Assembly (NCBI GenBank): GCA_032718475.1
Contig: JAUCBJ010008107.1
Coordinates: 1-53,002 of the forward strand
DNA length: 53,002 nucleotides
Direction of reading: 5' to 3'
Origin: Nemertoderma westbladi
Lineage: Eukaryota; Animalia; Xenacoelomorpha
This document shows, in pieces, positions 1 to 18,277 of this stretch. The translations under genes and the position numbers were made by a program. The notes under the pieces are model-generated. The model did no database searches and was not told where the DNA came from. It worked only from the letters and a program-made list of their open reading frames with translations. Positions within the stretch are counted from its first letter, which is position 1, and each line of letters starts with the position of its first letter.

Positions 1-805
1 TGCCCCCAATTTATGACTCAATGCCATCATTGTCAATTAAAAGGACACGCCAGCTTTGATTGTCCCTTTAACCATGATTTAGAGAGCGTAGATGAAATGA
101 TTGTACTACGTTATATCTCACGATATAAGAGCTTGGGAAGCGAACGCTGATTTACATTGTGACTCACGCCATCGCTATTATCCCGGATGCGCCTATGAAG
201 GAGTTTATGCGTTCCATCCATATTTGTTTGCCTCTGTCGAGCAGAAATCGCGCCTATCAAGTTATGAACTATTGAAGCGCGTTGGAGAATGTATTTCAAC
301 CAAATATGTGCGTAAATTTCTCAGGAGCATTAATCCGAGTGACATCCAGTCTTACAACTTAATAAACTTTATCCGTCAAGACCCTGCCTATGGAGACTTA
401 TTCGTCAACTCACACCCTGAGTTACAAGAAGTATATCGACGGCCTTACGAGTATCGAGCCCGCGAACGCGAGTTAGAAAGAACCATTAAACCAAGGAAGT
501 TTCTAACGGCCTATGGTCCACCCACGGCCCTCGTTCAGACCACTCGTAAAGGACCCGTAAGAGCGGCTGTCTTAAAACGAGCTCTCAAAGCCGTTAGACC
601 CCTCTCCCCTGACGTTGATGTTAATCAACCCGGTACTTCGACCGGCGGATATACCGATCGCAATCCCATACCTTCTGATGCAATCATATTGCACCCTTCA
701 CCCAGGAGTTATAGCCCTCCTAGTAAAGTGGCTCGCCCCAAAGAGAAAAGGACTCTTGCTAGCTTCAAAAAACTGCGTAAACGCCGTCCGCGCAAGAAAG
801 ACTAA
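1..805 (+). pseudogene. Accessory 3' ORF of LTR element A (CCHC zinc knuckle, basic C-terminus), apparently frameshifted
   Basis: Frame 1 from base 1 reads CPQFMTQ-CHHCQLKGHASFDC (CX2CX4HX4C at 22-63) and stops at ~148. Frame 2 (101-805) ends KKLRKRRPRKKD, matching RERRPRKKN at 35569-35775. Joining the two frames is an inference. Confidence 0.55.
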
Positions 806-883
806 CTGTTTAGAGTATTTTTGTATTTTAGAAACTGTGATTTTGTATATTTTATAGACTTAAATCCCATTTTCTGGGAGCGG

Positions 884-2106
884 TGTAAAAGCTTTTGTGG
901 GATAACTGATACGTTTGCCTTTGCCGGCCAGTTCCCCCCCAGGCGCTGGAATACTCTAAAAAAGGTTTTCTAACTGTATATATATTCCCCTCACCCGCAA
1001 GGTACCTTTACAGGTGTTTTAACGGACATAAAAATCATTCTGCTATATACGTGTTTTAGCGGACATGGTAAGACAAAAAACTTGTAATGCACCAACCACC
1101 TTTCACAGCTTAGCCGTGATGATTCATATTACGACATCTAGCAGCTGGTTGCTGACATGGAAACAGCCATTGGACGCGTGGTTCTTTGTTTGGCTTGGGC
1201 CAATCAGGGCGGTTTTTCCTGTCGACGTGTAGCTTTTTAGTCGATCATAGGGAGAGTGTTCAGTCTTACTGTTTTTTCTGGATACTTTGTTGTTATTGCT
1301 GTCTAAGCCAGAAACACCGGCATTTTTGGATAGATACTGCTGTACCGTAAACTGCTTGAATTATCGAAAGTATAAACTGTTACCGAATCGAATATCACCT
1401 AACTCATTAATCATATTGTTTGTACTGTTATTTTACCGTCAGTTATTAATTGTAAATATTTGTTGATGGAAATATTGCTATTTGGATAATACGGATAAAT
1501 CACCCAATTCCCAATTTTCTTGATAACACTACAGGTTAGAGAGACCGGCTATACATAACAATTGCGATTTATATTAATGTGGTGTGTATTGAATCCAATG
1601 TTATTTAGCAGACCCTACGTGAGTCAATTACTGCTCTCTTTATGTGTGATCAAATGTACTGACTGTCGGCAGAATAGTGTGTATGATTGTGATTGGTAAC
1701 AAAGTATTTCCTAAAGAATACGTTTTATACTTTAATCATAAGCAGTATCGTTGCGTTTTAGTATAAGTCTTAGTTCTGTTTAAATAGATAAAGCGCCACG
1801 TCCTAAAGGAACTGTTAATATTTCCCGAAAGCCAATAATATCTGTCAGAGATTAATTATTAACTATCTATCGAATAATACATTAGGTATACACTGCAACC
1901 TTACACTGTAATAATACAATTCAAGCATCCGAATTCAGTCTCCCGGGTGTAGATCCATCGGGTGAATGATCGCGCATGGGCTGACTTCGGCTAATGTTTT
2001 GCGTATTAGCATAAATTATTGTCGTATGCTAAAGTGGTTTTAATTAACTAAAAGACATATAAATTTTGGCAGGTTAAACTGCTAAAGGTCTTCGAAAGCG
2101 CGAACA
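884..2106 (+). repeat. 3' LTR of element A (1223 bp, TG...CA)
   Basis: TG/CA termini shared with the LTRs of element B. The U5 half is visibly similar to the reverse complement of 34274-34900 (e.g. AGACCCTAC.TGAGTC, GGGTGAATGATCGCGCA). Confidence 0.85.
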
Positions 2107-4672
2107 ACCAGACCACATCAACCCAACATTTCCGCCAGGATTTCGGATATTGAATGTACCCGACCCATGGCGTTCTAGAACGCCTTGACCAGACCACATC
2201 AACCCAACATTTCCGCCAGGATTTCGGATATTGAATGTACCCGACCAATGGCGTTCTAGAACGCCATGACCAGACCACATCAACCCAACATTTCCGCCAG
2301 GATTTCGGATATTGGATGTACCCGACCCATGGCGTTCTAGAACGCCTTGACCAGACCACATCAACCCAACATTTCCGCCAGGATTTCGGATATTGGATGT
2401 ACCCGACCCATGGTGTTCTAGAACGCCTTGACCAGACCACATCAACCCAACATTTCCGCCAGGATTTCGGATATTGAATGTACCCGACCCATGGCGTTCT
2501 AGAACGCCTTGACCAGACCACATCAACCCAACATTTCCGCCAGGATTTCGGATATTGGATGTACCCGACCCATGGCGTTCTAGAACGCCTTGACCAGACC
2601 ACATCAACCCAACATTTCCGCCAGGATTTCGGATATTGGATGTACCCAACCCATGGCGTTCTAGAACGCCTTGACCAGACCACATCAACCCAACATTTCC
2701 GCCAGGATTTCGGATATTGGATGTACCCGGCCCATGGCGTTCTAGAACGCCTTGACCAGACCACATCAACCCAACATTTCCGCCAGGATTTCGGATATTG
2801 AATGTACCCGACCCATGGTGTTCTAGAACGCCTTGACCAGACCATCGGATATTGAATGTACCCGACCCATGGCGTTCTAGAACGCCTTGACCAGACCACA
2901 TCAACCCAACATTTCCGCCAGGATTTCGGATATTGGATGTACCCGACCCATGGCGTTCTAGAACGCCTTGACCAGACCACATCAACCCAACATTTCCGCC
3001 AGGATTTCGGATATTGAATGTACCCGACCCATGGCGTTCTAGAACGCCTTGACCAGACCACATCAACCCAACATTTCCGCCAGGATTTCGGATATTGGAT
3101 GTACCCGACCCATGGCGTTCTAGAACGCCTTGACCAGACCACATCAACCCAACATTTCCGCCAGGATTTCGGATATTGGATGTACCCGACCCATGGCGTT
3201 CTAGAACGCCTTGACCAGACCACATCAACCCAACATTTCCGCCAGGATTTCGGATATTGGATGTACCCGACCCATGGCGTTCTAGAACGCCTTGACCAGA
3301 CCACATCAACCCAACATTTCCGCCAGGATTTCGGATATTGAATGTACCCGACCCATGGCGTTCTAGAACGCCGTTCTAGAACGCCTTGACCAGACCATCG
3401 GATATTGAATGTACCCGACCCATGTCGTTCTAGAACGCCTTGACCAGACCACATCAACCCAACATTTCCGCCAGGATTTCGGATATTGGATGTACCCGAC
3501 CCATGGCGTTCTAGAACGCCTTGACCAGACCACATCAACCCAACATTTCCGCCAGGATTTCGGATATTGAATGTACCCGACCCATGGCGTTCTAGAACGC
3601 CTTGACCAGACCACATCAACCCAACATTTCCGCCAGGATTTCGGATATTGGATGTACCCGACCCATGGCGTTCTAGAACACCTTGACCAGACCACATCAA
3701 CCCAACATTTCCGCCAGGATTTCGGATATTGGATGTACCCGACCCATGGCGTTCTAGAACGCCTTGACCAGACCACATCAACCCAACATTTCCGCCAGGA
3801 TTTCGGATATTGAATGTACCCGACCCATGGTGTTCTAGAACGCCTTGACCAGACCACAACAACCCAACATTTCCGCCAGAATTTTGGATATTGAATGTAC
3901 CCGACCCATGGCGTTCTAGAACGCCTTGACCAGACCACATCAACCCAACATTTCCGCCAGGATTTCGGATATTGAATGTACCCGACCCATGGCGTTCTAG
4001 AACGCCTTGACCAGACCACATCAACCCAACATTTCCGCCAGGATTTCAGATATTGAATGTACCCGACCCATGGCGTTCTAGAACGCCTTGACCAGACCAC
4101 ATCAACCCAACATTTCCGCCAGGATTTCGGATATTGGATGTACCCGACCCATGGCGTTCTAGAACGCCTTGACCAGACCACATCAACCCAACATTTCCGC
4201 CAGGATTTCGGATATTGGATGTACCCGACCCATGGCGTTCTAGAACGCCTTGACCAGACCACATCAACCCAACATTTCCGCCAGGATTTCGGATATTGAA
4301 TGTACCCGACCCATGGCGTTCTAGAACGCCTTGACCAGACCACATCAACCCAACATTTCCGCCAGGATTTCGGATATTGAATGTACCCGACCCATGGCGT
4401 TCTAGAACGCCTTGACCAGACCACATCAACCCAACATTTCCGCCAGGATTTCGGATATTGAATGTACCCGACCCATGGCGTTCTAGAACGCCTTGACCAG
4501 ACCACATCAACCCAACATTTCCGCCAGGATTTCGGATATTGAATGTACCCGACCCATGGCGTTCTAGAACGCCTTGACCAGACCACATCAACCCAACATT
4601 TCCGCCAGGATTTCGGATATTGAATGTACCCGACCCATGGCGTTCTAGAACGCCTTGACCAGACCACATCAA
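2107..4672. repeat. 81-bp tandem repeat array (~32 units)
   Basis: Unit ACCAGACCACATCAACCCAACATTTCCGCCAGGATTTCGGATATTG(A/G)ATGTACCCGACCCATGGCGTTCTAGAACGCCTTG. Two units lack 27 bp (~2845, ~3398) and one has a 13-bp duplication (~3372). Each unit holds the 16-bp palindrome GGCGTTCTAGAACGCC. Confidence 0.97.
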
Positions 4673-6251
4673 GTATAATTAACCTTCTAACTTGAACATT
4701 TGTTAATGCAGTAAGTTAAAGCAGAAGAAACTAAAATTTAGAATTAGAACAGATACTGTAAGAGGCGGTTATATTTAAATTAACATGTATTTTAATATTT
4801 ATATGGCGTGTCTGGTTTTCCAACTTTTCTGAACTGAGCATTGAACAACGGTATATACAAAATCAAGGTAAACCTCGAAAGCCTTCTTTTCCTGAAGAAA
4901 ATTTATTTTTTAAATCAAGCTTTGTCTTATTATTCTGACACTTGTGGTAGGAGGATATGTATTGAAATATATACTGTAGTTCTTTCATTATTATTGCTGA
5001 TTCTTTCATTGTATGTATATAATTATTGTAAATAGTGACCATATATTATAATTTACACACTGTTATGTAACACACTCGTCATTATAATGTGATACTAAGT
5101 AACACTATAACGATCACTACAACTTTTTCACAATAAATTGCCTTTTTTAATTATTATCGAATACATATCAAATGCTACAAAATTTGGTACAATGAGTTTC
5201 ACACACATTGTTTCTAACTTGTGAACAGGCGGATTTGTTTCAATTTTCGACTATTAAAACAAGATGATCATGGTGTCTATTTAACAAAAGTTTTCCTTAA
5301 CCTGCGTTACTTTTTTTAAATCGATTCTTGATCCTGTATAATTTAGAGTCGTCTTCATTTGTCCCACTAATAGGAAAACCGTTTTAAAATTCACCTAGAA
5401 TTATTGCTAAAGATATTCAAGAAATTCAATATAAACTTGAAACGTAAATTACATTGATTTTCAACCATGTTCTAGAATTATATAATTTGTCTGTGTGTTC
5501 AAAGACGTATTATAATTAACAATTAAATTGTATCTGTTTACATTCCCTGTTGCTAGGTGCCCAAACAACTGATAATTAACTCGCTAAGAGTAAATTAGAC
5601 GAACGGCAAGGTCTACTAAATAATAGGTTATAAATTAATATTTGTTATTAATAGGTTAAAAAGTTATTAAATAGTAGTGGCAGTCGACCAAAGTTATCAT
5701 TCAGAAAATTATCTGAATACGGGATCGACAGTATCTTCACTCGAAGTTTCGTTTGTTTTTAATTTCCTGAGTTGGACTTCAACTTACTGGACTTAATGAA
5801 TGTAAAAAAAGGTGAATTAAAATAAGTATCACAATTAACGTTATCAATTAACTTAATAGCTGTAACTGTAGAAACAAGTCAAACTCAATAGTTATGTTTT
5901 CACTCTTACTACGATTATATGCTTCACCATTATTTTTAGTTACAAATTACAATGTAATTGGTTTATTAAAACGTTGCGACTGTATAGTATAGTTTAAACA
6001 TGAATTGTAATTTATTTAAGATATTAGGTAGAAACAAAATACAAAAATGATTGTTTTAAGTAGTAAATATATAATTTATTGTTAATCAGTATAAAATGCA
6101 TCAAATAAACAACATCGAATGCGGCACCTAGCGGCAGTATGTTGCACCGACAATAACGTTTACACAGAGAGCTCCATCTGGCGGTAGCATCGCGCACTGA
6201 CAATAATATATGAAGAGAGCAGCCGCGCTTCCATCATGCTGTGAGCAATAA

Positions 6252-12352
<6,101 letters not shown>

Positions 12353-12624
12353 TGCGATATAGCAGTCGATTCGATTACTTAATGTTGTAAACCCTAACGC
12401 TTGAATAGTTTATTATAGGAAAGTCGTCAGCAAGTAAGTGGGCACAGTTACAACCGTAACAGTACAGACCACGATTGAATAAACACAACCTCTCTGAAAA
12501 TGCTTACGTTTCACTGATCGTCAGCACGCAAGGTTAGCGGTGCAAGAACCTTAACTGTCACAAAACAAACTAACGGTTCCACTTTTAAACATGAGTGCCA
12601 GCTAATGGAGTTACTTGCGTCAAT

Positions 12625-12672
12625 ACATGATTGGTCGTTCGCTAAGTTAGGTTGGTAGTTTAACCAATCAGC
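12625..12672. promoter_or_regulatory. Two CCAAT boxes upstream of the Pax2/5/8 start codon
   Basis: TGATTGGTC (~12628) and AACCAATCAG (~12662), about 300 bp upstream of the ATG. The transcription start is unknown. Confidence 0.35.
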
Positions 12673-13706
12673 GGATACACTGCATTCGCTTAACGCAACT
12701 TCAATGCACTAAGATGCTTTAAGCTTCACCATTCTGTTAAAGTTAATAACCATTAACACAAGACGGCCTTTCTAGTTTGTGTTAGGCTTCTTGCAGGTGA
12801 GTGTTTTGCCTTTAGGCCATCGGATGTAATACTCTATTCAGTGGACTTAAATAAATGCACAGGTGCAGTAGTTTTGGCTGGTACTTTATTTTACCTTTAT
12901 GGCTTAAACTCATTGATATGATCCTATTATGATATTGATTATTCACAATACGTATATGAATTTGTTATAACTTTTATTTTATAATCAAAATCCATATTCA
13001 GAGTTATGTTCTTGGATGTGTCTCAATAGTCCCCCCAAACTTGACTTTTGAACGGAAACACATTAATTCGCTTTGCAGGACATTGCTTTCGCCGGTGCAG
13101 CCGTACTTTTCTGCAGCCATTTACAATATCTTACGCTTTTCAGCCTAATGAAGAGAATAAGAGTCTAAACCTTGTTGACAAGTCGGCATAGCATTACTAT
13201 TATACATATAGGATGTCGCACCGAATTTAATATTTTTTATTTTTATATAATTGAGCGGCCCCATTAACGATTTACCAATAATTTTGGTGTCATTGAATAG
13301 CTGGCATGTACTATTTTTGGTTCCGAATAAATTTAAATCCATTTCTCCATTAATAGAGCTTTGGGATTGAATAATATAGCATATTTTCAATAAAAGTTTA
13401 TTGAATATGTAGGACGTAGGTGTTTCTGATACTTAATTTAAATTAATTGTAACACAAACCATAGGATGTTGTCATAGGAGTACTTTCTGGAATTATTTGT
13501 TCGAAATTGTATGTGCGGTGTTGTTTTAAGATACATACAGGGTGTAAGGATTTCTAGTTTTGGTTTAGGGGTTAATTTGGTGTAGGTTTTTCGAAAGGTA
13601 TCAATCATCATACATTACGCATTTTTTGTTCAAGCCTTTTCATGCAATGACATTACTGCACACAATCATATAGAGACATATATGTACATTACTCATTACT
13701 CAAGTA

Positions 13707-14795
13707 CCGGGTGTTACATAATGATTGCCCCCCCCCCCCCCCCCCCTCCCTGGCCAGCCAAAACTGCCAGACATGCACCTTATTGTATGTAATATACCAT
13801 TCGGAAGTGAATGTAATTCAGAGCTTGCATGCAAACATTTAGGGTCCATAATAAAAGTATACAAATTGTATAGGCTTATTCTTTAAACATATCTTATTTT
13901 TCAATATTTTTGATTTAAACACTATTAAAAAAAGAGAAGGAAAAAAAGAAGAGACTCTTACATCTTTTCAATACTTTTGACTTTGCCACGATTAAGAAGG
14001 ATTCATTTTTGGATGGCCCGCACCGTGCGGGCCATCCGCCAAAAATAAATGCCCCCCCCCCCCAGATTTGGCCTCTGCCCCCCCCCCCCCCCCAGATATT
14101 ATGATCACCATACGGGCCTGCCCGCACCGATTTCTTAGGGCGGCCTGCACACTTAACAATAATATCCTTAAATTCTTGTGAAAAAGAAAATGGCCTTCCA
14201 GTTGTTTTCACCTTCCCGTAATTGTGTAGAGATCTCGATTCGAGTTTCGTTTCACAAAATCTTCACTACGCATTATCTTCCCCGCGATCCACTTCCTTGA
14301 TATTTGCACACCATTTGCCACAGCATTACGAGCCTCCCTAAAATTAACAGCTATAATCCTGTCTACCATACGCTTTTCTTCAGAGTCATCGAAGATTGCA
14401 CTGGAACTTGTCATTTTAATTACTTCTGTTAGACCTAATTCAGTAAATTTACCAAAGAAACACTAATACCGGTAACTGAATACTGTAATATATTGCAATA
14501 CAGCAAAAGTCAGGCAGTGATAAATGTTTAAACAGGGCTGCATAGCTGATGACTAACGCTCGATCAATTATATTTTTATTGTATTTAAATCAAAAATATT
14601 GAAAAATAAGAAATTAAATAATTGCCTATAAAATTTTATACTTTTGTATTGGACCCTAAATTTTTGCATGCAATCTCAGAATTAAATTCTCTTTCAAATG
14701 ATATATTACACTCAGGTAAGTGAGGTGACTAAGGCGCAGTTTTGGCTGGCCAGGGGGGGGGGGGGGGGGGGGGGCAATCATTATGGAACACCCGG
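13707..14795 (-). mobile_element. Internally deleted Tc1/mariner-superfamily DNA transposon
   Basis: TA|CCGGGTGTT.CATAATGATTGCCC... and ...GGGCAATCATTATGGAACACCCGG|TA. Imperfect TIRs of ~200 bp, flanking TA dinucleotides, and an internal transposase-like N-terminal remnant. Confidence 0.85.
14208..14414 (-). pseudogene. Truncated N-terminus of a Tc1/mariner-like transposase
   Basis: DSEEKRMVDRIIAVNFREARNA...ISRKWIAGKIMRSEDFVKRN is an HTH-like segment located between the TIRs. No DDE/D domain is present. Confidence 0.55.
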
Positions 14796-15661
14796 TACAT
14801 TACCTACTCAAATTTCTTGCGGCCTCCAAAAACTATCCTGCCTAAAAGCATGTAAAATAAAATCTATTGGTATTGGTATACAGTTGGGTGTATGTAGACT
14901 GTGCATTGTCCATTTGTATTGTGCATTGTGAGTGTCCAATTCAGTTTTTATTCGTCACTAAATGATTCGATAATCTGCTCACTTATATGGATGGCCCTTT
15001 CGATTTCTGGAGTTTCTTGTTCCTTCGTGGCTTGTCCCTGTTAAAGTTTATAAAGAATTTATAATTCATACAGCCAATATTAGTGAATTATAGCTACTCT
15101 GGTATTTCAGGAATTAGGGCAATTATTCATTCAAAGAGCATGTCATATGTTTTTTCTGACATTTTCGACAAGGTTTGTTAGTAAAAGTAACGAAGCTTTT
15201 GTTAAGGGTTACGTAAGCCTATAATTATAGGTCGTTTTCTCTTCATGTATAGAGTGCAGGTTTGAGGACTTCAAAGGGCCCTTATTAGCATACTTATGTA
15301 AGTACAGATATATAACTGACAATATACACACACACACAGTAAGCAGCCATACATTGGAACAAAATTATTCCGATGAATTTGTAAATTAATAATTATTATT
15401 ATTACTGGTAATCACTAATTAACGGCCGTTAGTCCTGGGTCCGATTGGATCATACAACCTTAACTTTACTTAAGTGGCTACTTAATTAAGGTTCGCTCAA
15501 ATTTAAGTGGGTTGCATACAATATTATGGTAAACATTAAATTCAACTTAAAGTCAAAATTTTAATGTATCCAGTCCCCTAAATACATGCCTTAACTACAA
15601 CACTAAAATCAACCTTATTTCATGTTTTCATTATTAAAGTTTTTGAGCAGTCAAGTCAAGT

Positions 15662-15711
15662 GATATGCCTACTAGATATGCCTACTAGATATGCCTACTA
15701 GATATGCCTAC
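15662..15711. repeat. 13-bp tandem repeat (GATATGCCTACTA, ~3.8 copies)
   Basis: Read directly from the sequence. Confidence 0.9.
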
Positions 15712-18086
15712 GTATTTAGAAGAATTTTTGTTGAAGTTTATAAGATGCAATTCAGCCAAACTAATAAAACTCAAAGAGTGAAACATGGATTTATTATATT
15801 CATTGCATTTATATGTAAATTAAGTACCGCACGCACCTAATACTTATCGTGATCGATATGACAAATATGAAAAGTGGAATTGTTTCTACTTTTCGTAGTT
15901 TTCCCCCCAAAAAACAGCCATCCTTTTTGATCCAATTGTCAGCCCAGTCTATTCTTTCGCTTAAATCCTTATTTTCATTATTTAGCTTAATTAATAATTT
16001 ATTGCGGCGTATTGACTGAGTTTCTAGTTTCTAATATATTCCTATAAACCAAAACCATACCTGGCTTCGCCTATTGAATACATCGGTAGTTATAAAGATC
16101 GTCAGTCTTCGTTTAGGAAAGATATTTAAATACAAAACAGGACGAGCACAATGAGGCTTATAATGAAGACGAGTACTGCATTGACTATATTATTATATAA
16201 ACCACGTGGCTTCACATATTGAACGCATCCTCAGTCTCTAGTTATAAACTGAAATAACTAGACGTGTCGTGTACTGTGGTGTATAGTGTGGCAGACTGTT
16301 CGGTAGGTATGGGCAAGGTTCTTAACACGATGTATGAATAGAAAGAAATAGAATAAGTACCGGGCAAACTGAAACTAAAGATCATAGATACATATACTTG
16401 ATTAATTTAAGTGGATAAACGTTTAAAGGTAACGGCGACAAGCGACAGCGATATAAGAAACTAATAATATTTTGATCAAAATTGACAATATGATGTTATG
16501 AAGTAAGTATAACCTGTGCTTTGTATTCTGGTTTAATGTTTTGGTTCGATTAGCCTGCCTCTTTCGTTTCGTCGTTGTTTGAGGGTGTCGGTTGTCGGCG
16601 TAACATGTTTGATATACCCTGTCCATCCACCCTCATCCTATTCAAACACACTTATGGCCTTTTCTAAATCCAAATTTTAGAAATCGCTCACACAGATGAT
16701 TATAGTTCAATAAAACATGAATTCTTTCAATAAAGCAACATTTATTCGGGTTTCCTGACAAACATACATACTTAGCTTCCACCTCAACGTTATAATCCCC
16801 TTGTCCATCCTTAATTAATTATGTATGAGAAACCAAAATCAACCAAAGACAATCCGCCTGGAATTAATTTATTAATAGACAATTTATTCTGTGAAGGGGC
16901 TCACCTATTCTTTGGCGAGTCCAAGTCAAAAGGATTGAACAACAAATTTGAATTTAAGTCATTACAAAGTAACATAGTTGAGGTAACAAGGTTAGAAATT
17001 AGCTAAGTGGATTTGCACAGTAGGTTTTACATTGGGGAGCGCAAATCTTTCACTCTCACGCTTTGCTGCTCAAACTTAGCTAGCGATGCTGATCTGTTAA
17101 ACATTTACGCCTTAGGGCCGAGAATACATCAAACTAGAAATAACGGGCCCTATGCCTACAGGTGTACCCCAGCACACACACACAGTAGGCCTCCCTTCCC
17201 ACAACAATCAGAGGTTGAGCTATGGAACCCCCACTATTGAATGATTGGTTTATAGGGCCGGTGTTTCTTCTCTGCTGCTGAGAATTGAGAAGCGCTGCCG
17301 GCAAACAGATGGAAACCGATGTTTGGAGCTAACGGAGGTTGGTGGACCGCCGTTCTTATAAACCGGACCGATGAACCGCCTAGCTAGCACGCGTCCCACC
17401 ACACTCATCCTCAGTTATTCGACGACCAAATTGGATTAAACGGGGAGTGTGACTTTCCGCGGGGCCTCCCAGGTTATTCTCTCATGATTGGTGTTGTCCC
17501 CAACTACAGGGGACCCGCTGTCGCCACGCGTTTGTGTTGTACAACCCGCACCACTTACACTACACTCATCTTGAGGGTTTATTAAGGTTAACCCGATCGA
17601 CTGGAAGTAATTCGTTAATTCTTTGTTGTGTCATGGGGTTTTACTCTCAAGATTTATTTTGGCGTTTTTTACTAGTTGTGTACTTTCACGGCTGGCTTGC
17701 GCCATGTTTCCAATAAGTTAAAGCCACACGACCGAACTTTGAGTGGACATTACAATTGTTCGTTCGTTGACTTGTTCTGTCGTTTACACATGCTGACTGA
17801 TTTACTCGCCTTGCCTACTTCACTGTCACTCTATTGGATTCAAATGAGTTGAAAAATGTATAAGATTGACTTTTAAAAATAAATTTTTTTATATTTCTCT
17901 TATTATATATTTTTTTTTTTTATCATATGATATAATATATTAATTGAAAGACTCACTACTCGCTACTCACTCACTCACTCACTACTCAAGTTCTGGTTAA
18001 ATAATTACAATAAAATAAAACAAAATAAACAAAATATTGTTAGACCTACAGTACTATCGACCTTCACCATATACCATAATATGTGG

Positions 18087-18277
18087 CTGGTTGCGAGAAA
18101 AGGGACCTGGGGACCACATGGTCGATTTTGCGTTTTTAGGCCTATCAGATGCAGAATTTTCTGGGCTTTCCGAATATCGAACCAGTTTTTTCATATCGTT
18201 TTTCGTTAAAAAGTTATGAGCGTTTAATTAAATAAAAACAAAAAATTAAAAACGCAGGTCCCTTTTCTCGCAACCAA
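18087..18277. repeat. Inverted repeat, probable DNA-transposon end or MITE
   Basis: TGGTTGCGAGAAAAGGGACCTG (~18088) is mirrored by CAGGTCCCTTTTCTCGCAACCA (~18256), with inner TGCGTTTTTA / TAAAAACGCA matches. Confidence 0.55.

Larger units (their letters stand above)
1..2106 (+). mobile_element. 3' part of a BEL/Pao-type LTR retrotransposon (element A), truncated by the window start
   Basis: A PPT-like TTCTGGGAGCGG is followed by an LTR starting TGTAAAAGCTTTTG (884) and ending AAAGCGCGAACA (2106). The same termini, PPT and preceding ~240 bp occur in the complete BEL/Pao element at 34274-46611. Confidence 0.85.

Noticed and set aside
2048-4672. Long repetitive ORFs (658, 434, 411, 208 aa and others) on both strands
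   Set aside because: They result from an 81-bp unit that is a multiple of 3. Several frames are open at once, a 13-bp duplication switches frames, variants are non-synonymous in every frame, and there is no start or splice context.
2107-4672. CRISPR-like array (palindromic repeat at regular spacing)
   Set aside because: The intervening sequences are identical rather than unique spacers, there are no cas genes, and the context is eukaryotic.
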